IMG/VR virus record: IMGVR_UViG_3300022554_000002
Coordinates: 32,001-96,000 of that record
Direction: 5' to 3' (one strand)
Length of the DNA stretch: 64,000 nucleotides
From: a virus
Of this stretch, positions 1 through 10,062 are shown one piece after another. The translations under genes and the position numbers were made by a program. The notes beneath the pieces were generated by a model. It did not search any database, had not been told where the DNA came from, and saw only the letters and a list, made by a program, of their open reading frames with translations. Numbering within the stretch: the first letter of the stretch is position 1; the number at the start of each line of letters is the position of its first letter.

Positions 1-1650
1 TACTTGATCAAAAGATTCTGGTTTATCACTATAAACATAACCATTATCAGCTTTTTCAAAGTCTCCATAAGCGTTAGCATCAAGTATTTTTTTACTAAGT
101 ATAATGTGATACGTACCTCTTGATTCTGCCTCAAATGAAATTGAATCACCTAATGCATTAACAAATTGAAAAGTATTATTTCTAAAGTTTGAATAATCTA
201 AATTATAATTTAAACTTTTAATCTTCTCAACGATCTTTCCTAACAAAGTATTTGGGTCATTAAAGGAAAATATTGTTTCTAGATTATTAGAAATTTCATC
301 AAATTTTCTTATGGATTTTATAAAAAGCGGAGAACCATCTTTATCTTTTAAAGTAAAATGAACATATACCTCTGGACTTTCATCAGCAGTCAAAATGAAA
401 GTAAAACTATTTTCTATAGTAAACAAAATCTCGGTTGAAGTTAAATCTTGCTGTTTTAACCCATAACTACCATATTTTTGCATTATTTGGCTTGCTATTT
501 CATTCATTCTGCTTTTGGTCATAGTTAATATGGTTTCTTTAGCATTTTGACGAATTTTAGCACCAAAATCTGAAACAAAGCTGGAAATAGCCACATCATT
601 TGCATTTTTTGGTACTTCCATCTCATCAGAAAGTATTAAAGTACCAGAATCAGATAAAAATCTAAGAGAAATTTTACCGTCAGCACAAACCTCTCTTATA
701 AGATATTTTTGGGACGAACCGAGAATATTACTTGTTGCTATCAACGTAGATTCACCAACACCATTGTTTAAATCAAGTTTAGTTCCATTACTAACCTGAT
801 CTACCAAGAAATAACTATTTATTCCATAATATATACCATTATAAAGTTCACCACCATATATATTTTTGAACACCCTTTCTGAAATTCCTAATTTTGTGTA
901 ATCTGATATATCATTTGACAACAAATCCCGTGTAAAAGTAGTTTTGCCTACAAAGAAACTATCAATAAATTGTTTTGCTTTATCTGAAAGTTTATAAAAT
1001 AAAACTTTTTTCAATGTGTCATTAATTTGTGTAAATGTTTCTATTATTTTTTCCCAACTTGTATCACCATCAGCACGGATAATATTTTCTCCATATGCTG
1101 TTGACATATTAAAAACGCAAGAAAATGTATTACCACTATGACAAACAAGTTGAAGGGGTCTGTTTGTAATATCTTTTAAACTAACAAGAAGAAATATATC
1201 TACAAATGGAGATACAGAAACTTTATCATCATCAAAAATATGAATATTAAATCTGTTCTCTCGTATAGTTACTCCCTCAATTCTGACATATTGACCAATC
1301 AAAGTTCTTAAATCTTTTGTAAGTCTTTCTAAAAATACGTCTGGTTGTAATACTTCTTCAGAGGGATAGAAAGATTTACAAAAGTGTATATAATTATCAT
1401 TTAGCTCATATTTTTGTGCTCCCGCTGGTGCGTCAACCGAATATATTATTTTGTTCATTTCTGCTCTGAAATCATCCGGCAAATTCAAAGTATTAATATT
1501 CATTTGTTTGTCTAATAAATATTGATTAATAATTGATTTCTTCTGTGTATTATTCAAACCTTCATTTTTTATTATAGTCATTACAAACTGTTCAGGCATT
1601 GGTTCAGGGATGTTTGTTTGAGCTATGTAAATTTTACTAAATTTACCCAT
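1..1650 (-). CDS. Large hypothetical protein, partial (>550 aa, runs off window start); possible virion/internal protein
   Basis: Not in ORF track. Hand translation from ATG at 1650 (SD AAGGTG) gives MGKFSKIYIAQTNIPEPMPEQF... with no stop down to position 1. N-terminus matches the neighbouring ORF. Confidence 0.85.
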   Translation of the reverse strand, partial: MGKFSKIYIAQTNIPEPMPEQFVMTIIKNEGLNNTQKKSIINQYLLDKQMNINTLNLPDDFRAEMNKIIYSVDAPAGAQKYELNDNYIHFCKSFYPSEEVLQPDVFLERLTKDLRTLIGQYVRIEGVTIRENRFNIHIFDDDKVSVSPFVDIFLLVSLKDITNRPLQLVCHSGNTFSCVFNMSTAYGENIIRADGDTSWEKIIETFTQINDTLKKVLFYKLSDKAKQFIDSFFVGKTTFTRDLLSNDISDYTKLGISERVFKNIYGGELYNGIYYGINSYFLVDQVSNGTKLDLNNGVGESTLIATSNILGSSQKYLIREVCADGKISLRFLSDSGTLILSDEMEVPKNANDVAISSFVSDFGAKIRQNAKETILTMTKSRMNEIASQIMQKYGSYGLKQQDLTSTEILFTIENSFTFILTADESPEVYVHFTLKDKDGSPLFIKSIRKFDEISNNLETIFSFNDPNTLLGKIVEKIKSLNYNLDYSNFRNNTFQFVNALGDSISFEAESRGTYHIILSKKILDANAYGDFEKADNGYVYSDKPESFDQV

Positions 1651-1659
1651 TTTTCACCT

Positions 1660-3093
1660 TTAAAGACTAAAACTATTGCCAACATTACCCAATTCTTCCT
1701 GTTCTGCATATTCTTTCAAAAATTGACTATAAGGTTGGCCATTAATTCTGCTACCAGTAATAAAAATACCTGTTTCCATGTTAATCAAACCCTTATTGTA
1801 TAAAGTATCTAATGCCGAGGCAATAGTAGCATTATAAACATTATCACCAAACCCCTTATTCCATACAGCACACACATTACGATCTTTGGAAATACGTCCT
1901 TCCAACTCCACACTCATAAGACCATTATCTTTTCGTAACTTGACATGAGACTCAAATGATGGAGCAGTATATATTGTGCCACCGCTGACAGAAAAAGTAA
2001 TGGCTGATGGCTCCCTTATAAACGTCTCTGGATTGGTGTAAATAGCAAGTATCTTTTTACTATAGTGTTTAATTTCCTGACTCCAAGAACTAGTATCTAA
2101 ATTTGATAAATCTTCCATTTGATCTTTATTTAAGCCTAGATGCTCATACATTAACCCACTATTATGTGCAACATTTAGAGCTAAGGAAATAGTTGACATA
2201 ATTTGATTAATATCTGCTGTACCACGAACAGCATTCAATTTATCAATAATATTATTTACTTGTTTTCGTGTTTCCTCATATCCCGGCCACATCTGCAACC
2301 ACTGATCCCATGCAGCTTCTTTGAGTTGTGGATCATTTAAAACACGCATCAATAAATCATGTTGATATGGGAATTTATCTTCTTCATGATAAAACAAATT
2401 CCACCAATCATCACCATATAAATCATCTAAACTCACCATGTCTCGTGGATTAAAATTGTGGTTTTCAATAGACCATTCATAAAATTCATCCATTAAGCTT
2501 CTACCAGAACGACTAACAGCATTGTCTTTAATATAATCATATGCTTTTTCTTCATCATTTCTACCGACATAATTATCAACTAATTCATCAAACTTAGCTC
2601 GTTGTGCTTGTGCGTTACCTTTTGTTTCTGGAAAGTTCTTAATAATCCAACTAAACAAAAATTTATCTGCTGCCCAAGAATATTCTGTGTCTTCAAACTC
2701 TTGTCGCCAATCATTTTCCCTAACTATCTGTTCCTCAATAATTTCTTGTACTTTTGGTCTAATATCTATAGTTCCACGAATCCCACGATCAATAACACCA
2801 AACTCTTTCAATTCCTCTTCTGCCCAACGGCTCCACCAACCATCCTTACTGTGACCATCAGACCATTCAGTGTAAATATTAAGAATTTGATTTATTAATT
2901 TGTTGGCTAAAACATGAAAATCTGCAACAAGATTGTTTTTTCGATCATCTGCACGTCCAGAAAGACGTTTATCTAACTCATTAATTTGAAACCACAATTT
3001 GTGTAATAATTCTAATCCCTTGAATAACTCTTGCCTTGAATAGAAATTATCACTACTAGATTGAGCTATGTAAATTGTGCTAAAACGGCTCAT
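1660..3093 (-). CDS. Hypothetical protein (477 aa) with N-terminal MSRFSTIYIAQ motif; possible internal head protein
   Basis: Long ORF; shares the N-terminal peptide with 1..1650; no recognised domain. Confidence 0.8.
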   Translation of the reverse strand: MSRFSTIYIAQSSSDNFYSRQELFKGLELLHKLWFQINELDKRLSGRADDRKNNLVADFHVLANKLINQILNIYTEWSDGHSKDGWWSRWAEEELKEFGVIDRGIRGTIDIRPKVQEIIEEQIVRENDWRQEFEDTEYSWAADKFLFSWIIKNFPETKGNAQAQRAKFDELVDNYVGRNDEEKAYDYIKDNAVSRSGRSLMDEFYEWSIENHNFNPRDMVSLDDLYGDDWWNLFYHEEDKFPYQHDLLMRVLNDPQLKEAAWDQWLQMWPGYEETRKQVNNIIDKLNAVRGTADINQIMSTISLALNVAHNSGLMYEHLGLNKDQMEDLSNLDTSSWSQEIKHYSKKILAIYTNPETFIREPSAITFSVSGGTIYTAPSFESHVKLRKDNGLMSVELEGRISKDRNVCAVWNKGFGDNVYNATIASALDTLYNKGLINMETGIFITGSRINGQPYSQFLKEYAEQEELGNVGNSFSL

Positions 3094-3126
3094 TGAGTAG
3101 CCCCTAAATGAAACAATCCCTCATTG

Positions 3127-3137
3127 TAATATAATCA
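3127..3137 (-). promoter_or_regulatory. Candidate late-promoter motif TGATTATATTA
   Basis: Exact 11-mer also at 63363-63373 upstream of a structural gene, and a variant at 59016-59023. One copy lies inside a CDS (2529-2539). Confidence 0.35.
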
Positions 3138-4013
3138 TTGAAAAAGGTCAAAAGTAGGCAACCGTTTTTGAGCTACTTCAGGGGTTTCAAAGCGTAAATC
3201 CGTTAATCTTATGTCAGTTCTGGCTAATTGACTGAATAATTCATTAGTTTGCTTCATACATTCACCAGCCAAAGGACATTTTTGGCAGTATTGACTCTTT
3301 GGATGATACCCAAGCGTGGCATCAAGGCTATTTAAACATACCTCTGCTTGCTTCCTGCTGGCATAGAAACGCTTCTTTGACTCAATGTGGTCAAAGACAC
3401 CCAACCAACGACTTTCTTGTGTAGTTTGGCTTAGATTCGCTGTTTGCTCTTGTTCTTTTACTCGATTTCCGTGTTTCTGATATAATGACAAGGCTTCATT
3501 TGTTACACAACGGGGAAAAGGCCAAATCTGCTTCCAATCCTTGACTGAAAACAGGGTATGGAAATAGTTATATGAATCCTCAATCCTATTTGAATCAAAA
3601 AACTCTATAAGATTATTGAAATACTTGTTATCTGTCTTTTTGTAGGTTCTTGGAGTAGCATTATGCATTGAATTCTTGGCATAATACTGCATCAAAACCT
3701 TATTGTAATTTGTGAGAATTAAGTTGGTTCTTTCTGCATCTTTTAACTCTTGCACCTTGTGTGTATACCTAGAAATATTAACATCGTATTCCTGCTTAAT
3801 TTTAATAATATCAAAATGGACAAAACCCTCTTTTGGTTCAATACCAACCATATCAAGAGTCAAAATATCATGACTATCAAGAATATCACGATACTCATAA
3901 GCATCAATGTTGTAATTTTCATCAAGTTGTGAAAGAACTTCAAGAAAAGCCATTTTGTAGTTACAAGGCTTGTTCAATTGTATAAATTGTTCAGATATTA
4001 ATACTTTGGACAT
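3135..4013 (-). CDS. Hypothetical protein with C-terminal Cys cluster
   Basis: 292-aa ORF; C...YHPKSQYCQKCPLAGEC suggests a metal-binding tail. Confidence 0.7.
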   Translation of the reverse strand: MSKVLISEQFIQLNKPCNYKMAFLEVLSQLDENYNIDAYEYRDILDSHDILTLDMVGIEPKEGFVHFDIIKIKQEYDVNISRYTHKVQELKDAERTNLILTNYNKVLMQYYAKNSMHNATPRTYKKTDNKYFNNLIEFFDSNRIEDSYNYFHTLFSVKDWKQIWPFPRCVTNEALSLYQKHGNRVKEQEQTANLSQTTQESRWLGVFDHIESKKRFYASRKQAEVCLNSLDATLGYHPKSQYCQKCPLAGECMKQTNELFSQLARTDIRLTDLRFETPEVAQKRLPTFDLFQ

Positions 4014-4015
4014 AT

Positions 4016-4837
4016 CTACTTCTTTTCCTGCTTCTTTCTCTGTTCTTCTGCTGTTTCATCTCTAATAGCAATATTAAAAGGTACAAAGTTGCTATTATTG
4101 ACATAAGCTGTAGGAACACTACAATGAGCACTGAAATAGTCTGCTTGGTGTAACAATATTGATAACCAATTATCGGATTCCTTTGGACTACCAAACTCAT
4201 ATCGTCCATGATGTGCTAAAATGGCATTTTGAATCATTAGAACATACTCATTCTTCATAGCTTCACCACCAAGAATGTCTGTGGCGGTTTTGGTAAATTC
4301 ATAATAAGAACGTGATAGGTGTGATACCATTTTAGCATGAACATTCCTCTTTACTACCATTCCAGAACGATAATAATTTTCATACATCTTACGTTCATCT
4401 AAACACAAACCACTACAATAGTAATTCTCGGTTTCTCGTATTTTAATAGGATTTCCATTGTCATCTGTAGAATCTACTAGATAATTGCTACAATAAATAC
4501 GTTCATAATCATAAACCTTGCCAATATCATGCCAAACAGCCGCAATAAGGAACATGGCAGCATTTTCACTAACATGAACTAAAGGCCAAGGATATGAATC
4601 AACAGAAAGTACAGCAGAACCATATTTTATGATTTCATACGTGTGCTGCTGCAATCCACCAGCATAAAAATGATGTTTTGTAGAAACAGAAGCACCGGGA
4701 CATATCTGAAATGAGAAAAAATCAGTTAAGCGTTTAGTCTGTACTAATAATTCACCTAAAACAGACCCCTTAAGAATTTCAATTTTGCTATCAATAAATG
4801 GTGCGAGAAAGTTGAAATTCTTCTCACTTAGCTTCAT
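4016..4837 (-). CDS. HD-domain phosphohydrolase, YhaM-like
   Basis: KHH..GGL..HT, WHDIGKV, AHHG and LLHQAD motifs. Start moved to the ATG overlapping the upstream TGA (ATGA). Confidence 0.85.
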   Translation of the reverse strand: MKLSEKNFNFLAPFIDSKIEILKGSVLGELLVQTKRLTDFFSFQICPGASVSTKHHFYAGGLQQHTYEIIKYGSAVLSVDSYPWPLVHVSENAAMFLIAAVWHDIGKVYDYERIYCSNYLVDSTDDNGNPIKIRETENYYCSGLCLDERKMYENYYRSGMVVKRNVHAKMVSHLSRSYYEFTKTATDILGGEAMKNEYVLMIQNAILAHHGRYEFGSPKESDNWLSILLHQADYFSAHCSVPTAYVNNSNFVPFNIAIRDETAEEQRKKQEKK

Positions 4838-5829
4838 ACATAATTCCAATCGCATTTAAGCATTTCTTCAGCTACCCAATCTAAAGTATCTGTCCAATTT
4901 CCAACTTCTTTTTGTTTATCTTGCCATTTCTGCCAAAACTCACTCTTATCCAACTCTTCAATGTAATCATTCCAATTATCTGCTGTCAGTTCCATGATAG
5001 AACTATCAAACATATATTGAGGATTCATTAAATTATCTGCACCGTCACATAGGTAGTCTTTAGTACCAATAGAACTTGGATATGGCTTACAAATTGGGTT
5101 TCTATCCCATAAAATATTATTGGGGTGTCTCCAATCCCTAAACCAATCCTTCTGTGTTACAGAACCATCTGGATTTTGTATATTTTCCTTCTTGTAGCCA
5201 CCTAAATGACCATGCTGAATCCAATCATAATGCAACCATTTCAAACATGTTCTCCACTGCTGACGAACATAGCCATAATGCAAGTATTCAACACCAGACT
5301 GCACTACGTCACCATTTGGTAATGAATCTGGATGAACATGTTCATGTACACCACCATACCAACGTACATTCGGTGTAAATCGGAAGAAATTATCCTTGGA
5401 GCACTTGTCCTGAACCTGCCAAGGGTGAATCATAAAATGATAGAAGTATGTCCAAATCTGCCTAATATCTGTGCGGTCCCTAACTATATCATTCTTGAGA
5501 ATATCAAGGTCTTCTGGGTAATAAATTTCATCTGAATCAATCCAATGCCAATAAACAGCGTCGGGGTTAGTTCTTTGAAGACACTCATTTCGTAAAGACG
5601 TAAAATCTTTACTATTTGACTTGAATAACTTAACCTCACAACCATAATCTTTGAACTTGCCAATCCACTGACGATATAACTCGAAAATGGGCTTAAAACT
5701 ACCATTATCACACAATACTATTTCATCTGGATATTGTGCCATGTGTAAAGAATTAAAACATCCATCAAGGAACTTCAAACCTAGATTGGTATTCTCCTTG
5801 ACGATCATATGTACGGAAATAAATGCCAT
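4834..5829 (-). CDS. Glycosyltransferase family 2 (GT-A)
   Basis: VLCDNGS, WIDSDE (DxD), GGVHEHV and LHYGY motifs. Confidence 0.85.
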   Translation of the reverse strand: MAFISVHMIVKENTNLGLKFLDGCFNSLHMAQYPDEIVLCDNGSFKPIFELYRQWIGKFKDYGCEVKLFKSNSKDFTSLRNECLQRTNPDAVYWHWIDSDEIYYPEDLDILKNDIVRDRTDIRQIWTYFYHFMIHPWQVQDKCSKDNFFRFTPNVRWYGGVHEHVHPDSLPNGDVVQSGVEYLHYGYVRQQWRTCLKWLHYDWIQHGHLGGYKKENIQNPDGSVTQKDWFRDWRHPNNILWDRNPICKPYPSSIGTKDYLCDGADNLMNPQYMFDSSIMELTADNWNDYIEELDKSEFWQKWQDKQKEVGNWTDTLDWVAEEMLKCDWNYV

Positions 5830-5864
5830 GCGGGTCTTCTCCTAACAGACTATCGCTTACTCAT

Positions 5865-5892
5865 ATTATACAGGCTGGAAACCATTTGTCAA
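5865..5892 (-). promoter_or_regulatory. Sigma70-type promoter TTGACA-N16-TATAAT
   Basis: Perfect -35/-10 hexamers upstream of the GT2 gene. Confidence 0.8.
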
Positions 5893-5893
5893 T

Positions 5894-5928
5894 AAAAAAT
5901 CCCCATAAAATTTACAACTATGGGGATT
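5894..5928 (-). terminator. Rho-independent terminator
   Basis: 10-bp stem AATCCCCATA/TATGGGGATT followed by a T run, directly upstream of the promoter -35. Confidence 0.75.
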
Positions 5929-5951
5929 TGACAAGCGGGACTACTTAAAAA

Positions 5952-6452
5952 TTACAATCTGTATTCAGTAACAATTACTGAGTGCTCTGTAAAACCTAAA
6001 ATTTTCTTAAAGTTATTACTCTGTGCTGTTGACACCAAAAACTCAATTACAGGAGCAGACGGATCAGAGTAAATAAACATGAATACCTCTTCCAGCCGTT
6101 TCTTCTTATTTTCAGGTTTGTTCATTTCAGGAATCTGAGGAATACTACCATCGGCATATTGTAGAGCAACTTTATATCCACGAACTGTATTAACAGTCAT
6201 AAATAAATCACCACGCGCATTAACAACTTCTTTCAACTCTTCAACAGAGGATAACCCAATCTTGATTTGTTCCTTGTCGAATTCTTCAATAGAATCACTA
6301 ATATTACCAACCTCTTCCTCTGGCTTTGGTTTTGTTGGTTCTTCTTCCTCTGGAAGTTCAGGTAATTGCTGTTCTTTCATTGTTTTTGGAGATTCTTTTG
6401 CTACTTGGGCAATTACAGAATTGAGAATCTTATTATCAGATTTTAAAGGCAT
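5952..6452 (-). CDS. Hypothetical protein, acidic/Pro-rich N-terminus
   Basis: 166-aa ORF with SD. Confidence 0.7.
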   Translation of the reverse strand: MPLKSDNKILNSVIAQVAKESPKTMKEQQLPELPEEEEPTKPKPEEEVGNISDSIEEFDKEQIKIGLSSVEELKEVVNARGDLFMTVNTVRGYKVALQYADGSIPQIPEMNKPENKKKRLEEVFMFIYSDPSAPVIEFLVSTAQSNNFKKILGFTEHSVIVTEYRL

Positions 6453-6874
6453 GTTCTATGTCCTCTTTGGGCCTTAGCTCGTTTAACCTTTGCACCGGCC
6501 TGTTTTTTACGCACTTCATGTTCTGCTTTACTATGTGATTTTTCAACACCCGTTGTTAACAAACCTTCTGTCTTCTCTCGCTTCTTTTCTTCTTCTTTTG
6601 CCATATCCATAGACTCTTTTATTTCATTTTCACAAGTAAAGCCTTCTTCAAATATTTCCATCTGTTTATCTAATTCGTGTGCAGCTTTAATAGCCTTACT
6701 AGGTGGTGCTTCACCCTTCCAAATGATACCGGGAATCGTAAATACCACTTCCATAATAGTGTTACAACTGGAACATCGTGGTTTCCAATTATTCCCTTTA
6801 ACCTTAGAAGCTTCTATAAAAATGTCTAACCTCTTATTACCACATGAGTTACAAACAAAATCATATTTTGGCAC
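6443..6874 (-). CDS. FmdB-like zinc-ribbon protein with charged C-terminal extension
   Basis: PKYDFVCNSCG...CSSCNTIM..F..PGIIWKG; GTG start at 6874 after SD AAGGAG. Confidence 0.7.
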   Translation of the reverse strand: MPKYDFVCNSCGNKRLDIFIEASKVKGNNWKPRCSSCNTIMEVVFTIPGIIWKGEAPPSKAIKAAHELDKQMEIFEEGFTCENEIKESMDMAKEEEKKREKTEGLLTTGVEKSHSKAEHEVRKKQAGAKVKRAKAQRGHRTCL

Positions 6875-6881
6875 GATTATA

Positions 6882-7574
6882 CTACTCCTTATTAGGTATA
6901 ATCCCAAAATCAATAGATGCTTGTTGTAATAAATTAACAATCTCGTGTGCTTTAACGTTATTTTGTAATTCTAAAGGAATTCCGGGGGCAGTGTTATAGT
7001 CAACAGCTACAAACCCGACAGAAGATGTTGGAACAAAGTCTACAGCAAACATAGGAACATGAATGGCACTATGGTATCCTATCTCTTCCTCACATAAAAC
7101 TTTAGTATTACCATTTCCATAATTTGAACGCCAATCTTCATAAGATTTATAGAATAACCACCATTTTCTATTACCAATTTGTAGGTATCTGTAGCTTTCA
7201 CCAAAAGATTCTGAAAAATATTCGACTGCGAAGTTATCAGGATACTTTTCTTCTGCCTCTCTCAATGTTACAAGTAATTTACCATCACCACAATGTTGAC
7301 ATTCATCTATATAAACTATAATTGAGTCAATATCTTTAATTTTGTCACTTTTTCTAAATTGCCATGTTTCAAAAAAACTATTCCACTTAGCACCAAGAAT
7401 TTCTTGTACTAAATCCTTAGCTTTTCCATATCGTGGAATTGCACAACCTGTGGATTTAAGAAAATCCAAGTCTTCTTTTCTAGTTTTTGTAGTTTTAAAA
7501 TTTCGTTCGTATACTGGACCATCTTTAGTGAAAGCATAATCGTACCAATCATTGAAATCTGATTTTAGTTGCAT
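6882..7574 (-). CDS. Hypothetical protein with ATP-grasp-like C-terminus
   Basis: FAVDFV...FVAVDYNTAPGI resembles the DF...(E/D)xNxxPG end of ATP-grasp enzymes. Confidence 0.5.
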   Translation of the reverse strand: MQLKSDFNDWYDYAFTKDGPVYERNFKTTKTRKEDLDFLKSTGCAIPRYGKAKDLVQEILGAKWNSFFETWQFRKSDKIKDIDSIIVYIDECQHCGDGKLLVTLREAEEKYPDNFAVEYFSESFGESYRYLQIGNRKWWLFYKSYEDWRSNYGNGNTKVLCEEEIGYHSAIHVPMFAVDFVPTSSVGFVAVDYNTAPGIPLELQNNVKAHEIVNLLQQASIDFGIIPNKE

Positions 7575-8410
7575 GATTTCTTCCAAGGATCAGGAACCGT
7601 AGTAACTATCTTCTCAACTTCTTCTTTTAAATTGCTATATTTAGTATTTAACTCAGCATTCATTTCAGATAAATCCATTGTACATTCTGGTTGGTATGAA
7701 TCTGGTCCCCAAATACTATGAAATGTATTTCTATTTGCCCACTGGTCAGGATTAGTGTCTCGCATCTCACGAGTACCCATACCTTTATGGTACACACACA
7801 CTAAACTGCAAATAGCCATTATATAGCCCATTTGCTTAAATCTAAACCACTGGTCATGGTCTTCAAAACCACCAATATTGACATATTTATTATTAAAAAT
7901 GTAACCCCACTTGTCGTAGAATTCATAAAGGAATTTGGCATTCATTAAATGTGGGCAGGAATTACCTTCACGTAATATTTCGCCTTTTTGCATAGATACC
8001 ACTGAACCATCAATATTATGTGTGCCGGGACATAACTTTACAACCAAATCACTGCAATCCTTATGAATGTCAATTAATTTGTTAGCCCAATTATACTGAG
8101 GAAACCGCATGTCAGTATGAATCCAGATCATGTTTTCGCTTGCTGGTGCTATATTTGTATCAAAATTGCTACCATCAGGCTGAAAACCCATAGAAATGTA
8201 ATAACCAGCATTAAGTGCGTCTGACAAGTGTGGATAAGTACCAAAAACTGAACCAATTTGTCTGATTTTCTTCAACTCTTCTTCAGAACTACCACCATCA
8301 ACAATAACAAGTTTATGGCTACTGTTTACTGGTAAGCTGGCTAACAATGACTCATACATCTTAAGTGCATTATCACCGTCATTAAAAGTTGTTAGTATAA
8401 AACTAGTCAT
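7565..8410 (-). CDS. Glycosyltransferase family 2 (GT-A)
   Basis: VIVDGGS, WIHTD, GGFEDHD and VYHKG motifs. Confidence 0.8.
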   Translation of the reverse strand: MTSFILTTFNDGDNALKMYESLLASLPVNSSHKLVIVDGGSSEEELKKIRQIGSVFGTYPHLSDALNAGYYISMGFQPDGSNFDTNIAPASENMIWIHTDMRFPQYNWANKLIDIHKDCSDLVVKLCPGTHNIDGSVVSMQKGEILREGNSCPHLMNAKFLYEFYDKWGYIFNNKYVNIGGFEDHDQWFRFKQMGYIMAICSLVCVYHKGMGTREMRDTNPDQWANRNTFHSIWGPDSYQPECTMDLSEMNAELNTKYSNLKEEVEKIVTTVPDPWKKSCN

Positions 8411-8412
8411 TA

Positions 8413-8601
8413 TCAACTCCCAAAACAATCAAAAGCATCCCCTGAGCCTGTTTTTGCTGCCTTTATGAAAGCTGCATCTACTTCTAATTCCTTAGTTGAC
8501 TTATTTTTATAATAAGGATCAAGAATATTTATTGCTTCAATTCGGCGTTTAAGTTCAGAGATAACTTTGTCTTTTTCTTTACAATCTTTGCATTTTTTCA
8601 T
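8413..8601 (-). CDS. Small hypothetical protein (CxxC + coiled coil)
   Basis: TAATG coupling to upstream gene. Confidence 0.6.
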   Translation of the reverse strand: MKKCKDCKEKDKVISELKRRIEAINILDPYYKNKSTKELEVDAAFIKAAKTGSGDAFDCFGS

Positions 8602-9146
8602 TACACCACCATACAAAATTCTGAAACCGTAGCAGCAGCATCTTTATGAGTAATTCGATACACTTTATAAGTCTTCAAATTCAAATCCTTCATCGGATGC
8701 TTATAGTCCTGCAATCGTGCATTTTCAGCTTTAAGAATTGGTGTATAATCAATCGTATTCCAATCCTTCAAAACAAGTCCTAACTGACACTGTTTCATTT
8801 GAAAATTCTTAATCGCTTGAACAACGATTAAACTTGGTAAATTTCCCATATTAATCAAAATACGACTAGCAGAAAATACAGGAATGTCCAACTCTTTTTT
8901 ACGTACCTTTAAAGCCTCAACATTAACTGATAAAATCACCAAATCTCTGCCATTTTCCACTGAAAACCCTGTTGGATACTGAAAAGCAAACCGCTTATAA
9001 ATTGGATTATATGTCCAAAGCTGTAATCGTGCCAAACCACCATCACGTTGCTGCTTTATATAGATATTATAAGCTTCTTCGGCAGTCATTTCCTTTTCAG
9101 TTTTACCATCTAGTAAAACTCTTACCTTTGAATTACTGAGCATCAT
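8601..9146 (-). CDS. Hypothetical protein
   Basis: 181-aa ORF, tightly packed in operon. Confidence 0.7.
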   Translation of the reverse strand: MMLSNSKVRVLLDGKTEKEMTAEEAYNIYIKQQRDGGLARLQLWTYNPIYKRFAFQYPTGFSVENGRDLVILSVNVEALKVRKKELDIPVFSASRILINMGNLPSLIVVQAIKNFQMKQCQLGLVLKDWNTIDYTPILKAENARLQDYKHPMKDLNLKTYKVYRITHKDAAATVSEFCMVV

Positions 9147-9453
9147 CTAACTCCTTTGAAGGTATAACATCAAAATACTTACTAAAATAACCAACAGGTG
9201 CTTCAACAGCTTTTGCAGTTTTTGGTGGTGCTTTTGCTTTACCATACTCAGCAACCATAGTAACGACATCTAGAATCTTGTTATTTTTGTCCAAAAAGGC
9301 AATATCCAATGGAAACGGAACAGTAGCCATATGAAACATACTACCAGAATGAACATTTGGAAAGATATAAATAGTATCCTTTGGAAATTCCTTGTGTCCC
9401 ATTACACCTTTTAGTTGTTTTTCAAATGTGTCACAAATTACAATTTTAGGCAT
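9133..9453 (-). CDS. DUF192-family protein
   Basis: MFHMATVPFPLDIAFLDKNNKILDV signature. Confidence 0.8.
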   Translation of the reverse strand: MPKIVICDTFEKQLKGVMGHKEFPKDTIYIFPNVHSGSMFHMATVPFPLDIAFLDKNNKILDVVTMVAEYGKAKAPPKTAKAVEAPVGYFSKYFDVIPSKELDDAQ

Positions 9454-10045
9454 CTTCATCCTCATCTTCTGTCATTGGAAGAACCCAACCATTAGCACTG
9501 TCTATCGAAAAACCATTTAAATTACGACCAATCAGGTAGCATTCATATGCAGCCTGAATAACAGCCTCATGTAAATCTCTACCACGAACCACCAACTCAT
9601 TATTTAAAGCATCTGAATACAATTTAACACTAACTTCTGGTGCTTCTGGATTAATAACAATACCACCTTCGTAAGAAAAATTATAAGTACACATAAGAAT
9701 GATTGTTATAAGTTCTTGAAGACTTGGAATTTTAACATATTTATTGGACGATAAAAACTTCATATCGTCAAAAGTAAATTCTTCTTTTTCATTATTCTTT
9801 TTATACAAATTCACAACGTAACTTGGTGCTTCATCTGTTCCTATGTTAACATAATACCAATCACCGTGTGAAAGTGTTTGTGGCATACCTAATTTTTTAA
9901 AATAAGCAGAAAACATCAAAACGCCACTGGAAAAATTCTTTTTGCCTAAAAATAATGACCATGGCAGATCAGACGGAACTTTAGTCTGAAATGGAAATGA
10001 ATCTTCTGGTTTCTTCTCGGTAGGACGTTTTTCTTCGTTAGCCAT
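9446..10045 (-). CDS. Hypothetical protein
   Basis: 199-aa ORF behind a promoter and SD GGAG. Confidence 0.7.
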   Translation of the reverse strand: MANEEKRPTEKKPEDSFPFQTKVPSDLPWSLFLGKKNFSSGVLMFSAYFKKLGMPQTLSHGDWYYVNIGTDEAPSYVVNLYKKNNEKEEFTFDDMKFLSSNKYVKIPSLQELITIILMCTYNFSYEGGIVINPEAPEVSVKLYSDALNNELVVRGRDLHEAVIQAAYECYLIGRNLNGFSIDSANGWVLPMTEDEDEDA

Positions 10046-10062
10046 GCGAATCTCCTAAGAGT

